Origin: Clostridiales bacterium
Lineage (GTDB): Bacteria; Bacillota; Clostridia; Saccharofermentanales; DTU023
Direction of reading: 5' to 3'
DNA: 64,000 nucleotides
Assembly (NCBI GenBank): GCA_004556925.1
Contig: SFFI01000010.1
Span: forward strand, 8,512 to 72,511
In this document: piece after piece, positions 18,495 through 28,629 of the stretch
Layout: every line of letters begins with the position of its first letter
Numbering within the stretch: the first letter of the stretch is position 1
Notes under the pieces: generated by a model
The model's database searches: none
What the model was told of the DNA's origin: nothing
Seen by the model: the letters and a program-made list of their open reading frames with translations, nothing else
Program-made: the position numbers and the translations under genes

Positions 18495-19373
18495 TTAGTT
18501 GCAGGTGTGGGTCTGCCTAGTATCTACTGGTATCTTACTAGTAATCCACTGGTAAATGTCCTGGTAAACCTCTTCCTTGCCCATCTCATTTAGGATTTCG
18601 TGCCGCATACCAGGGTAAAGCTTCTTCTCAACCTGGCTAAAGCCCAGCTTTTCCATTTTGGCATAAAGCTGGTTCACGGCCTTGCCTTGTTCGCCTACGG
18701 GGTCTTCTGCCCCGGAAACTAAGAGAATAGGCAGGTCGTGGGGAATTTTATTGATGTTTTTCTCGGGGCAAATATAGGCCGTCCCCTGAAAAATGCCCTG
18801 GAACATGGAGGCCGTAGGCAGGAAGTTGCACAGGGGATCAGCTAAATAACGTCTCTGAATTTCCGGATCGCGGGACAGCCATTCCACGCCTGTTTGTGCG
18901 GGTTCAAAAGGCTTGTTAAAATTGCCCAGGGCCAGCTTGCGCAAGAATTTGGACTGATACCGCTTCCCTCTAAAAGTGACAATGGCATGGGCTAAGGTTA
19001 AGCCCAGATTAGGGATGAAGCTTGGCATTTGCGCCGTGCCCATGATAATGAGTCCGTCTAATAGATCCCCTGCCACAGCGGCCAAGGTCCGGGCGGCAAA
19101 AGATCCCATGGAGTGGCCCAGGACAATCACTTTGGCATCTGGCTTCTCGGCCTTGAGTTTTTCCAAGAAATCAATCTGCTCCTGGACGAGATGGAACCAG
19201 TCTTCTGGGAAATAGCCTAGATCTCCTCTAGCCAGGGCGGCAGGCCCATGGCCCATGAGGTCTTGAGCCGCTGTCTTTATGCCTTTACCTTCCAAATAGC
19301 CTCTAAAGTTTTCATAACGGCCGGTATATTCCTGCATGCCGTGAATGATTTGAACAATGACTGGTGCTGACAT
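18495..19373 (-). CDS. alpha/beta hydrolase (lysophospholipase / monoacylglycerol lipase type)
   Basis: GHSMGS nucleophile elbow; HGMQEYTGRY N-terminal block. Confidence 0.8.
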   Translation of the reverse strand: MSAPVIVQIIHGMQEYTGRYENFRGYLEGKGIKTAAQDLMGHGPAALARGDLGYFPEDWFHLVQEQIDFLEKLKAEKPDAKVIVLGHSMGSFAARTLAAVAGDLLDGLIIMGTAQMPSFIPNLGLTLAHAIVTFRGKRYQSKFLRKLALGNFNKPFEPAQTGVEWLSRDPEIQRRYLADPLCNFLPTASMFQGIFQGTAYICPEKNINKIPHDLPILLVSGAEDPVGEQGKAVNQLYAKMEKLGFSQVEKKLYPGMRHEILNEMGKEEVYQDIYQWITSKIPVDTRQTHTCN

Positions 19374-19452
19374 AGTTAGTCCTCCATGCTTCTACTATGT
19401 TTCTGCCATTTATGCTTACTCTTCTATGTGTTTGCCGTGTCTGCCATTATGC

Positions 19453-20637
19453 TTACTCTTCTGGGCCTAGGGGCGTGTAATTCTCGTCTACGGTAATCAC
19501 GCTCCGGTAGTTGGGGTGTTGGGTTTTAACCCTACTCCTAAGCTCCGCTTTAAGCTCATCTCCAGACAAGTGTAGGTCAGGGGGCCGGACCACATCAAAG
19601 ATAAGATTGCTGTGGTGCTTGCCCTTGACGAGGCGGACGTCGTGAACACTTAAACGGGGGTCCAGAGTTTTTACCGCCTGCTCCAGCCAGGACCTTGCGG
19701 CTGTGACCTCTGGGTCGTGCGTAACAATGGGGTCCAGGTGAACGACCAGGTGCAAGCCATCCTGCTTGAGAAAATCTTGTTCGATGTCATCAATGATTTC
19801 ATGGCTAAGGATCACATCATGCTCAGCGGCCATTTCTACGTGCACGCTAGCAAAACGGTGGCCTGGGCCATAGTCATGGACCATAAGGTCGTGCAGGCCC
19901 AAGACACCGGGATAAGTCATCACCTTATCGTGTATATGCTGGACTAAATCAGGGTCTGGGGCCTCGCCTAAGAGCGGGCTCAGGGTATCTTTGATCAGGT
20001 TAATGCCAGAATAGAGTATGAATAGGGCAACCAAGAGGCCCATCCAGGCATCTAATTCCAGCTTGGCAAAGTGGGAAACTAAAGCAGCGACCAAAACAGA
20101 AGCTGTGGTGACCACATCGTTGCGGCTGTCTATGGCAGTTGCAACCAGGGTTTCCGAATCAATCAGCTGGCCGACCTTGTGGTTGAAAAACATCATCCAG
20201 AGCTTGACTAGAATGGAGACAAGCAGGATAGCCATGTTGAGCCAGGAGAACACAACTGGTTCAGGCTCGATCAGTTTCACGATGCTTTTACGGCCCAACT
20301 CATAGCCAATCAGCATGATAAAAAAAGCGACCACAAGTCCAGCCAGGTACTCGTAACGCGCGTGCCCGTAGGGGTGCTCGGGGTCTGCAGGCTTGCCCGC
20401 TAACTTAAAACCCAACAGGCTGACAATATTGCTGGAAGCATCAGAAAGGTTATTCACTGCATCTGCCGTAATGGAGACGGAACTGGATACTAGACCAGCC
20501 AAACCCTTGCCTGCAGCCAGAAGCAGGTTGCAAACAATGCCCACCAGGCCAGCCATTTTGCCATAGGCACGCCGGACCTCCGGCTCCTTGACTGCCTCGT
20601 GATTGGGCACAAATTTTCCTATAAGCCAGTCCGTCAT
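19453..20637 (-). CDS. cation diffusion facilitator family metal efflux transporter
   Basis: Six TMs, with ADAVNNLSDA and IDSRNDVVTT metal-site helices and a C-terminal cytoplasmic domain. Confidence 0.85.
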   Translation of the reverse strand: MTDWLIGKFVPNHEAVKEPEVRRAYGKMAGLVGIVCNLLLAAGKGLAGLVSSSVSITADAVNNLSDASSNIVSLLGFKLAGKPADPEHPYGHARYEYLAGLVVAFFIMLIGYELGRKSIVKLIEPEPVVFSWLNMAILLVSILVKLWMMFFNHKVGQLIDSETLVATAIDSRNDVVTTASVLVAALVSHFAKLELDAWMGLLVALFILYSGINLIKDTLSPLLGEAPDPDLVQHIHDKVMTYPGVLGLHDLMVHDYGPGHRFASVHVEMAAEHDVILSHEIIDDIEQDFLKQDGLHLVVHLDPIVTHDPEVTAARSWLEQAVKTLDPRLSVHDVRLVKGKHHSNLIFDVVRPPDLHLSGDELKAELRSRVKTQHPNYRSVITVDENYTPLGPEE

Positions 20638-20829
20638 GCCAGTAGTATAGCAAAGGCGGGTGGTTTGGACCGCCTAACTTATAATGGATTTTTAAGGGTG
20701 CCCCAGACACGTGGGTTCGATCTGGCAGTTAACCGCGTGAGCGCCTATACTAGTAAAGATTTCATGCAGATCAAACTGGTCAAGAAATAAGGACCTACTT
20801 GCCAATTATTCAGGGAGACCGTCGTTAAA

Positions 20830-21504
20830 GTGCAGGCAAAAATACTCATTGTTGAAGATGATACCAGTATTAATCATATGATCAAGGAGACCCTTGAACA
20901 GGCAGGTTTTTCCTGTAAGCAGGCTTTTTCCGGGACAGAGGCCCTCCTTTACGGTCAGGCTGAGCCATTTAGCGCTGTGGTTCTGGACCTTATGTTGCCA
21001 GGCTTGTCTGGTGAAGAAGCCATGGAAAAACTTAAGGATCTGCAGGATATGCCGATTCTTGTTCTGTCAGCTAAGGATAGTTTGGACTCTAAGCTTCAAC
21101 TGCTGCGTGGAGGGGCCGATGATTATATGACCAAGCCCTTTGCTTTGGAAGAATTGGTCGCCCGTCTGAATATTTTAATTAATAATCGTTTTCCCCATAC
21201 CTTGAAAACTGTCCTGCGGCACCACGATCTGGAGCTAGATGAAGCTAATTTTCAGGCTACGATAGCAGGCCAAGACTTAGGACTGACCCGAGCTGAATTT
21301 AAAATTTTGAGTCTTTTACTCCATAATCCGCAAAGGGTCTTCAGCAAGCAGGATATTTTTGACCAGGCCTGGGATGAATATTATATAGGTGGCGACAAGA
21401 CCATCAATGTGCATGTCTCCAATATAAGGAAGAAAATTAAAACATATACAGACCGGGAATATATTGAAACCGTTTGGGGAGTGGGATTTCGCCTGGCAAA
21501 CTAG
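20830..21504 (+). CDS. OmpR-family response regulator
   Basis: Receiver domain (VVLDLMLPGLSG) plus a winged-helix C-terminus (..TVWGVGFRL). GTG start. Confidence 0.9.
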   Translation: MQAKILIVEDDTSINHMIKETLEQAGFSCKQAFSGTEALLYGQAEPFSAVVLDLMLPGLSGEEAMEKLKDLQDMPILVLSAKDSLDSKLQLLRGGADDYMTKPFALEELVARLNILINNRFPHTLKTVLRHHDLELDEANFQATIAGQDLGLTRAEFKILSLLLHNPQRVFSKQDIFDQAWDEYYIGGDKTINVHVSNIRKKIKTYTDREYIETVWGVGFRLAN

Positions 21505-21534
21505 CCCTCAAAAATCAAACGGCTCAACTTTATA

Positions 21535-21556
21535 CTTTCTTTACGCTTTCTTTGCG
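21535..21556 (+). promoter_or_regulatory. two tandem 11-bp direct repeats (candidate OmpR-type response regulator box)
   Basis: CTTTCTTTACG CTTTCTTTGCG, followed 20 nt later by CATAAT (21577-21582), upstream of the ABC genes. Confidence 0.35.
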
Positions 21557-21673
21557 ATCTTTGAATAAGTCATCTTCATAATGACCATTGCCTAGCAGGA
21601 CAAAGGCCTAACGTAAACCACGATATCAGGGTGTTATCTCAGGCAAAATTATCCTGCGAAGAAAGGAAGAGCC

Positions 21674-22627
21674 ATGACGAGGATTTTAGAGACTAAAAAT
21701 CTAACCAAAGCTTACGGATCACTTAAAGCATTGGACCAGGTTTCAATTTCGATTAATCAGGGTGATATTTACGGTTTGATAGGCCGTAATGGAGCAGGTA
21801 AAACCAGCCTCTTAAAGATCATCTGCGGTATGACCCGGCAAAGCGCTGGGGACTATTTTATCTTTGGGCAAGCCAGCGCTAAATTAAGTCTAGCCAACGG
21901 CAGGATAGCCAGTTTGATTGAAAATCCTGGTATTTATCCCACGCTTAATGCCCGCGATCACATCGAACTCAGGGCCAAAGCTTTGGGGATAAAGGACCGC
22001 AACATTGCTACTAAGAGTTTAAACCAAGTGGGTTTGGGGCAAGTAGGGAAAAAACCTGTCAAGAGTTTTTCCCTGGGCATGAAACAAAGATTAGGTATCG
22101 CAATGGCTCTGGTAGGTTCTCCAGACCTGGTGCTCCTGGATGAGCCTATGAATGGCTTAGATCCGCAAGGGATTGTGGAAATAAGACAGCTAGTTCAGGA
22201 GTTAAATGCCACAGAGCATGTGACTTTTATGATTTCTAGTCACATCCTAGGCGAACTGCAAAAACTGGCTAATTGCTTCGGTATCCTGGAAGAAGGACGC
22301 CTCTTAGGCGAAATTGATAGCGAAAGTTTGGCAGAAAAGAATCGGGATCGCATCGAGCTGGTAACAAATGAAGCCAGCAGAGCTTTACCTGTATTGGATA
22401 GCCTGGGCCTAAAGCAATATAAAGTTGTCGATCCTCGCAAAATTTACATATTTGAAGGACTTAACCGGACTGGTGATATTGCCCTGGCCCTGGCTAAGGC
22501 AAACCTGCCGATTGAATCAATTAATTTTCACAGCAGAAGCCTGGAAGAATATTACCTTAGCCTAAATCGGGAATTCATGGCCACAAACGCAGACCAGGCA
22601 GGTGAGGAGGAGAATGAGCATGCTTAA
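21674..22627 (+). CDS. ABC transporter ATP-binding protein (ABC-2 / bacitracin-lantibiotic protection type)
   Basis: GRNGAGKTS Walker A, FSLGMKQRL signature, LLDEPMNGLD Walker B. Confidence 0.85.
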   Translation: MTRILETKNLTKAYGSLKALDQVSISINQGDIYGLIGRNGAGKTSLLKIICGMTRQSAGDYFIFGQASAKLSLANGRIASLIENPGIYPTLNARDHIELRAKALGIKDRNIATKSLNQVGLGQVGKKPVKSFSLGMKQRLGIAMALVGSPDLVLLDEPMNGLDPQGIVEIRQLVQELNATEHVTFMISSHILGELQKLANCFGILEEGRLLGEIDSESLAEKNRDRIELVTNEASRALPVLDSLGLKQYKVVDPRKIYIFEGLNRTGDIALALAKANLPIESINFHSRSLEEYYLSLNREFMATNADQAGEEENEHA

Positions 22628-23483
22628 TTTACTAAATATGGAAGCCAGCAGACTTTGGCGACAAAGATCAAGCTACCTGATCATCATTTCTATGCTTGTT
22701 ATTTTAATGATCTATAGCTTTATGTTGGATTACAGCTTCCGGGACTTGCAAGAAAGTATGCAAATGGGAGGCCAACAAGAACAGGTGCAGGATGAAGAAG
22801 AGCCACAAGCTGACGACATGACTCTTAACTTTACTGTCAGCCCCGAGCTTTTAGAAGCAAGTGGAGAGGAAGTTTTCCTAGAGCAGATCAGTGGCAGAGG
22901 CTATCTCGTTTTCCTGATTATTTTTTCAGCTCTTTTCTTTACAGCGCCCTACACTCATGGTTACATCAAAAATTTTATCGGTCTACAAAGGCGGCGCAGT
23001 CATTTTGTCTTAGCAACTTTTCTAGCGGCCTCTATCTTTTGTTGCTTGCTCTTCTTGTTTGGTAGCCTGATCCAAGTTCTTATGCAAAATGTGTGGATGT
23101 CGGATACCTTCAAAATCATACAATGGAAACATTTACTACCCCTGCTTGGCACACAATTTCTGCTCCACCTCGCCACTCTGGCCGTAAGTCTATTCCTCGC
23201 TACCTGGCTTGAGAATACAGGTCCAGTGATGGCCATCAATCTGCTCTGGTCCCTAATCTTTTATCGACCTATATTGGACCTCATCCAAACTGTCCTTAAT
23301 CAAACCCTGCGCTTGCCAGAAGATTTTTCTCTCTATAGCTACAGCCTAGCAGGATCTATTTCTTTAACCAGTTGGGGAGCGTCAGGCGCTATAATGAGGC
23401 AGTCACTGATTGTAGCTTTGCTATATCTAGTTCTGGCCCTAGTTGCGAGCTCCTGGCTCTTACAAAAAAAGGATATTCGTTAG
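22614..23483 (+). CDS. ABC-2 type permease
   Basis: Six hydrophobic segments with a large first loop. It overlaps the end of the ATPase gene. ATG 22614 or 22620 follows GGAGGAG. Confidence 0.6.
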   Translation: MSMLNLLNMEASRLWRQRSSYLIIISMLVILMIYSFMLDYSFRDLQESMQMGGQQEQVQDEEEPQADDMTLNFTVSPELLEASGEEVFLEQISGRGYLVFLIIFSALFFTAPYTHGYIKNFIGLQRRRSHFVLATFLAASIFCCLLFLFGSLIQVLMQNVWMSDTFKIIQWKHLLPLLGTQFLLHLATLAVSLFLATWLENTGPVMAINLLWSLIFYRPILDLIQTVLNQTLRLPEDFSLYSYSLAGSISLTSWGASGAIMRQSLIVALLYLVLALVASSWLLQKKDIR

Positions 23484-23513
23484 GCCAAAAGCAACAGTGA
23501 GGGAGGAGAGTTC

Positions 23514-24425
23514 TTGCACGCCTTGGAGCTTATTCTAATCGGCGGAGTCCTTGGACTTGCAGCCTATCTGATCTCTCTGCTTAAACAGCTTAGAGAGATA
23601 AAAAAACAGCTGGATTTTCTGGAACATAGGGAGAGCAGGATGCGAATCCACTCTCCCTTACGACAAAAGGACCTGCAAAATTTAGTGCAAACCCTTAACA
23701 GATTTATTGATGAGGACCACGAAAGGAAGATCCAGCTGCTGGAGCAGAAGCAGCGCTCACAAGAGGTCTTGGTGGGCCTATCTCACGACATCAGGACGCC
23801 TCTAACTTCCTTGAGTGGTTACCTTCAGCTCTTGGCTAAAACGGATGAGCCTGATAAAAAAACTTATTATTTGAAAATCATGGAGGAGAGGCTGACCAGC
23901 CTTTCGCATAATTTGGAGGACCTTTTTACCTACGCCAAGCTCAACCAAGAGGATTATCCCCTGACGTTGGAACCCTTGGACTTCAAAGAATTTTTCCTCC
24001 ATGAGCTTTTTGCCTACTATGAGGATTTTAAAATGCAAGGGTTGGAGCCGCAGCTCGATTTGCCTGAAGAGCCTTTAGCGATTACAGCGGATCCCAATGC
24101 CCTGGCCAGGGTCATCCAAAATATACTCAAAAATGTACTCCACCATGGTGCAGGAGATTTAAGGGTTAGAATGGGGCAGCAAAGCAAAGCCGGGCCGCTA
24201 TACAATTACCTCGAACTCAGTAATGGCTTGGCGGAGGGGAGTAGGCCAGATGCTAAACAACTCTTTGAAAAGTTTTATAAGGCGGACCAAGCCAGAACGG
24301 AGAACTCCACAGGCCTCGGACTCTCCATTGCCCAAAGTCTCGTTGACCTGATGGGTGGAGAAATTCAAGGACATGTTGAGGGCGATAAGCTTTTTACCAT
24401 ACAAATTTCTTTTCCTGCCTGCTGA
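23514..24425 (+). CDS. sensor histidine kinase (short, single N-terminal TM)
   Basis: H-box SHDIRTPLTSL, N-box NILKNVLHHG, G-box GLGLSIAQSLV. Confidence 0.85.
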   Translation: MHALELILIGGVLGLAAYLISLLKQLREIKKQLDFLEHRESRMRIHSPLRQKDLQNLVQTLNRFIDEDHERKIQLLEQKQRSQEVLVGLSHDIRTPLTSLSGYLQLLAKTDEPDKKTYYLKIMEERLTSLSHNLEDLFTYAKLNQEDYPLTLEPLDFKEFFLHELFAYYEDFKMQGLEPQLDLPEEPLAITADPNALARVIQNILKNVLHHGAGDLRVRMGQQSKAGPLYNYLELSNGLAEGSRPDAKQLFEKFYKADQARTENSTGLGLSIAQSLVDLMGGEIQGHVEGDKLFTIQISFPAC

Positions 24426-24501
24426 AATGCTTGATCTTGGCTTGTTTATCGCTTTTATGAATGTTCATTGTGCCTAACCCTTCACATGCTAAAATAAGCC
24501 T

Positions 24502-26673
24502 ATGTCGCAGAAAACAGTAGGACCTTTCCTCAGGGAAATCCCCGGGCCAGCTAGGCCCTCTAGACGGCCTTCCGCCTCCTCCAGACATACAGGCTCAGAC
24601 GGCTTGCGGGTCTTGGCTCTGTTAGGAGTCGCTGCCTTCCACATCCGGCCAGATTTTGTGCCCGGAGGTTTTTTGGGTGTGGTGATTTTTTTAACCCTAG
24701 CAGGCTACTATACGACTCGCTCTTTTCTTCGGCAACCGTCCTTTAAGCTTTTGCCCTATTATGGCCGCAAGCTGATGAAACTCTGGCCCCCCTTACTTTT
24801 CATGCTGGTCTTGGTGGGTGTTTTTTCAGCCCTAGTCCTGGCCACTGCCTTTGCTTATTATCAAGTCTCTTTGCCTTCTGCTGCCCTTGGCTGGCACAAT
24901 ATTGCCGAGATCTGGCGAGAAAGGTCCTATTTCGACCGGTCAGGCTTCTTTGATCCCTTAACGCATCTATGGGCCCTGTCTTTGGAGTGGCAGTATTATT
25001 TAGCCTTTCCCTTGCTCTACATGCTGCTAGTAAAAATTGTGAAAAAACTGCCTGGCCAGCTTCGCCCTTACGGTCGTACATTCAGCGGCGGGGTCTTGCT
25101 GGTCCTAGGTCTCTTTTCTGCGGCCTATATGGCTGGTGCCTATCAGGCGGGTGGCGATCCCACGCCCTATTATTACAATAGCTTCATGCGAGCCCAAGCC
25201 TTCCTAAATGGAGCAGGGATTTGTCTCGTGACGTCATCTCGGAAGGTGGGTAGGGCTGGTAGACAATCGCAGACTAGACCATATTCTGGCCTTTCCTTGG
25301 CCTGGCGAATTACGCTAGTCTGGCTTTCCTTTCTCCTGCTTTTGCTTTCCTATTTTATCTGGGACTATCAATCGGTTTTTCTCTACAAGGGGGGCTTCTA
25401 CCTCTACAGCTTATTGGCCTGCCTCTATATCTCTCTAGGTGGGGCAAAGCCTGTGCCTGGCTTTGCCTTTATGGAGATGAAGCCTTGGCGCTATCTAGCG
25501 GAGCGGTCTTATCCTATCTATCTCTGGCAATATGCCCTCATGGTACTCTTGGACGTGGCCTTGCGTTTTTCTCGCCTGACCTTCTTCCCCCGCCTCTGCA
25601 TCCAGCTTATCTTAGTTTGGGCCTTGTCTGAGCTCACTTATCAACTTTTCCGGCGCTACGACACACTTCCCTTTGATCTCAAGTGTGCGTTTACAAGCTT
25701 GTTAGCCCTCCTCCTTATCTACCTCTACCTGCTTCCTTTGCCTGTAGAAGCAGGTCCAGCAAAATTGGAACAAGAGGCGTTGGAGGATGCCATTCGTGCA
25801 AATGTTGCCATTCAAGAAAGCCTGGCAGCAGCGCGGAAGTCAGACTCGCCCCCCATACAGCAGTCTTCGGCCCCTGGGGTTAGCGATGAGATAGGATCAG
25901 ACAACACACTTCCCCAAGTGCCTCAGGAGAGCTTTGGCCCCACGCTACCAGCAGGTTTCAAGCCTCAAGTCAATTTCCAGCCTCCCTCTGACTTCCTGGA
26001 TCAATCTGCGGCCTGGGCTAGCTTGGCCAACCCCTTTGGCTATGCAGAGTCCGCTGTTCAAACGCTCGCTGATCTCAATTTAGTCATGATAGGAGACTCT
26101 GTTACGGCCTTGGCCCTACCCAGCCTCCGCACCTACATGCCCCGTATGTATGTGGATGCCGCTGCTGCCCGCAAATTTCCAGAGGGCCTGCCCCTAATTG
26201 AGGCTCTGGACCAGTCGGGGGCCAGGGCAGACCTCCTAGTAGTCGCCCTGTCCTCTAACGGTTGGGTGGAAGAGACGGTTATAGACGCTTATGTCAATTT
26301 GGCAGCTGGCCGACCCCTCCTCTTCGTTAATACTGTAGTCCCCTTCGTGTGGGAACCCTCCAATAATCAATTGCTAGCCCAGGCTGCCGAAAAATATGAC
26401 AATGTCTATGTGGTGGACTGGTACGGCGCGGTAAAGGGGCGGGCAGATTATTTTTATGAAGATGCCTTCCACCCTCTGCCGCCGGCGGCTGAAATCTACG
26501 ATAGCCTTTTGCTTGATCAAGTGCTGAAAGCCCTATCTTCTGGCCACTATAGACTGAATTCCCCTGTAGATTTTCCTGCTGCCCCACCGGTCATTTATCC
26601 CATTATCGGCCAGTCCCCAGAAGCGAGCGAGGAAACTAGCGAAGAAACGGCAAACAGCCAGCCTGATGATTAG
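24502..26673 (+). CDS. acyltransferase-3 family membrane protein with C-terminal SGNH domain (OatA-like O-acetyltransferase)
   Basis: N-terminal block GLRVLALLGVAAFH, about 10 TMs, and a C-terminal MIGDSV (GDS) block. Confidence 0.8.
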   Translation: MSQKTVGPFLREIPGPARPSRRPSASSRHTGSDGLRVLALLGVAAFHIRPDFVPGGFLGVVIFLTLAGYYTTRSFLRQPSFKLLPYYGRKLMKLWPPLLFMLVLVGVFSALVLATAFAYYQVSLPSAALGWHNIAEIWRERSYFDRSGFFDPLTHLWALSLEWQYYLAFPLLYMLLVKIVKKLPGQLRPYGRTFSGGVLLVLGLFSAAYMAGAYQAGGDPTPYYYNSFMRAQAFLNGAGICLVTSSRKVGRAGRQSQTRPYSGLSLAWRITLVWLSFLLLLLSYFIWDYQSVFLYKGGFYLYSLLACLYISLGGAKPVPGFAFMEMKPWRYLAERSYPIYLWQYALMVLLDVALRFSRLTFFPRLCIQLILVWALSELTYQLFRRYDTLPFDLKCAFTSLLALLLIYLYLLPLPVEAGPAKLEQEALEDAIRANVAIQESLAAARKSDSPPIQQSSAPGVSDEIGSDNTLPQVPQESFGPTLPAGFKPQVNFQPPSDFLDQSAAWASLANPFGYAESAVQTLADLNLVMIGDSVTALALPSLRTYMPRMYVDAAAARKFPEGLPLIEALDQSGARADLLVVALSSNGWVEETVIDAYVNLAAGRPLLFVNTVVPFVWEPSNNQLLAQAAEKYDNVYVVDWYGAVKGRADYFYEDAFHPLPPAAEIYDSLLLDQVLKALSSGHYRLNSPVDFPAAPPVIYPIIGQSPEASEETSEETANSQPDD

Positions 26674-26788
26674 GCCCTTATTATCGTTTTTCCTGATTTC
26701 GATTGTCCAAAATATTCGAAAGCTCTATTCTGAATAGGCTATCGTCAGTAAGTGATTTGCGCCGGTGCTTAGTTGGGAGGCCCCCCTC

Positions 26789-27754
26789 ATGCTGAAATAC
26801 CTGCTGAAGAGGCTGGTGATTGGCTTAATTACTATTTTGATTGCCTTTACCCTGACCTTTTTTCTTACCAGGGTGGCCCCCGGCAATCCTATTCGGGTCT
26901 TGGCTGGTAAAGAGAGTCCCAACCCGGAACAAATCGCTTATTTGACTGAATATTATGGCTTAGACCAGCCCCACCATATCCAATTTGTGTCTTATGTACG
27001 GGGACTATTACAGGGGGATTTTGGCCGGTCTATTGTGAACAACCGGCCAGTTACCGAGATCATTCGGGAGCGGATTCTCCCCACACTTATTCTTTCACTG
27101 ACTGCGATGATTATTTCAACCCTCCTGGGGACTTTTCTGGGCCTGTTCGCGGGTAAACGCGCAGGTAGCCGGCTGGACCGGATTTTATGTAATATTTCCT
27201 ATGTCATTGATGCGATCCCTAGCTTTTGGCTGTCTATGATGTTCATTATCTTTTTCGCGGTTAGGCTGGGTTGGTTCCCCACCGGTGGCATGTACAGTTT
27301 TAGGGAAACTTACACAGGCATGGCCCGCGTAGGGGACCTGGTCCACCACATGTTCCTACCGGTAAGTGTTCTGGTAATCATCCAAATCCCCTATTATTTC
27401 CGTGTGTCCCGGGCCTCTGTCCGCTCCATTCTCAATGAAGACTTTATCAAGACCCTGCGGGCGGGGGGCGTCTTGGAAAATAGAATTTACCATAAATATG
27501 TGTTGCGCAACGCGATCATTCCTGTTATTACCGCCTTTAGCCTGTCTTTGTCTTTTGTGCTGGCCGGTGCAGCCATGATTGAAATTGTCTTTGCCTGGCC
27601 AGGCATGGGCCGGGTCATCATTGATGCGGTCACCAAGCGGGACTATGCTGTCCTGTCTGGAATCTACCTCATGCTCTCCATTTCTGTGACCTTCTTCATG
27701 ATTTTGTCAGATGTTATTTATGCCCTTGTGGATCCCCGGATCCACTTAAGCTAG
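26789..27754 (+). CDS. peptide/nickel ABC transporter permease (OppB/DppB/NikB type)
   Basis: MLKYLLKRL N-terminus and six TMs. ATG 26789 follows GGGAGG. Confidence 0.85.
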   Translation: MLKYLLKRLVIGLITILIAFTLTFFLTRVAPGNPIRVLAGKESPNPEQIAYLTEYYGLDQPHHIQFVSYVRGLLQGDFGRSIVNNRPVTEIIRERILPTLILSLTAMIISTLLGTFLGLFAGKRAGSRLDRILCNISYVIDAIPSFWLSMMFIIFFAVRLGWFPTGGMYSFRETYTGMARVGDLVHHMFLPVSVLVIIQIPYYFRVSRASVRSILNEDFIKTLRAGGVLENRIYHKYVLRNAIIPVITAFSLSLSFVLAGAAMIEIVFAWPGMGRVIIDAVTKRDYAVLSGIYLMLSISVTFFMILSDVIYALVDPRIHLS

Positions 27755-27762
27755 GAGGACTT

Positions 27763-28629
27763 ATGGACGCTTATTTAGCTAGAGCAGAGCAAGTCCTCGC
27801 CCAAGGCAAGCGCAGAAAAGAGTTGCGCTTGCCCAGACCCTTTAAGGTCAGTCTAGCTATTCTAACCTTCTTAGCCTTTATTGCGGTCTTTGGTCCCCAC
27901 CTGGCCCCCTACGGGGTGAATGAGATGACGGACGCATTATTAGTCCCTCCCAGCCCGGGCCACTGGTTTGGCACAGACGATATTGGCCGCGATATTTTTA
28001 CCATGGTTCTTTATGGGGCCCGCACGTCACTCTTGGTGGGTATCGTTGCCGCCTTAATTTCCATGTTTATTGGCACCAGTTTGGGCGCTGTGGCTGGCTA
28101 CTATGGGGGAAAGCTGGACCGTTTTCTCAATGAACTGATTAATATTTTCTTGATGCTGCCTACTTTTTTCCTGATTATCATGGTGGTGGCTATCTTTGGC
28201 TCTAGCATGGGAAAGGTGACCTTGGTCATAGGCCTAACCTCCTGGATGGGGACCGCCAAGATTATGAATGCCCAGACCAAGTCCCTCAAGGAAAGGACCT
28301 TTGTCAAAGCCGGTAAGGTCCTGGGTGAAAATGATCGCGCAGTTCTCTTTCGCTATATCGTTCCTCACGGCATCTTCCCCGTCCTGGCTAATGTCTCCCA
28401 ATCTATCTCCTCGGCGATCCTCTTTGAGGCCAGCCTCTCCTTTTTGGGTTTAGGGGATCCCAATGTCATGAGCTGGGGCCAGATTATCTACCTGGGCAAG
28501 GCCTACATGGGGCGAGGCTGGTGGGTCGCGGCTTTTGGCGGTCTGGCTATTGTCATCACCATGTTTGCCTTCCACCTCTTAGCCGAAGGCCTTAACCAAA
28601 TCCTGCAACCTCAGGCCGGAGGACGCTAA
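27763..28629 (+). CDS. peptide/nickel ABC transporter permease (OppC/DppC/NikC type)
   Basis: HWFGTDDIGRDIF N-terminal loop motif and six TMs. Confidence 0.85.
   Translation: MDAYLARAEQVLAQGKRRKELRLPRPFKVSLAILTFLAFIAVFGPHLAPYGVNEMTDALLVPPSPGHWFGTDDIGRDIFTMVLYGARTSLLVGIVAALISMFIGTSLGAVAGYYGGKLDRFLNELINIFLMLPTFFLIIMVVAIFGSSMGKVTLVIGLTSWMGTAKIMNAQTKSLKERTFVKAGKVLGENDRAVLFRYIVPHGIFPVLANVSQSISSAILFEASLSFLGLGDPNVMSWGQIIYLGKAYMGRGWWVAAFGGLAIVITMFAFHLLAEGLNQILQPQAGGR

Noticed and set aside
20638-20800. Possible NiCo (czcD-type) riboswitch in the leader of the CDF exporter gene, and a tRNA-like GGTTCGATC T-loop at about 20711-20722.
   Set aside because: I could not align the leader to the conserved czcD-motif junction nucleotides from memory. 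The T-loop-like string lacks a complementary T-stem and any cloverleaf. Only a weak hairpin is evident (AGGCGG..CCGCCT plus TTGCTAT on the minus strand). A covariance-model scan would settle it.
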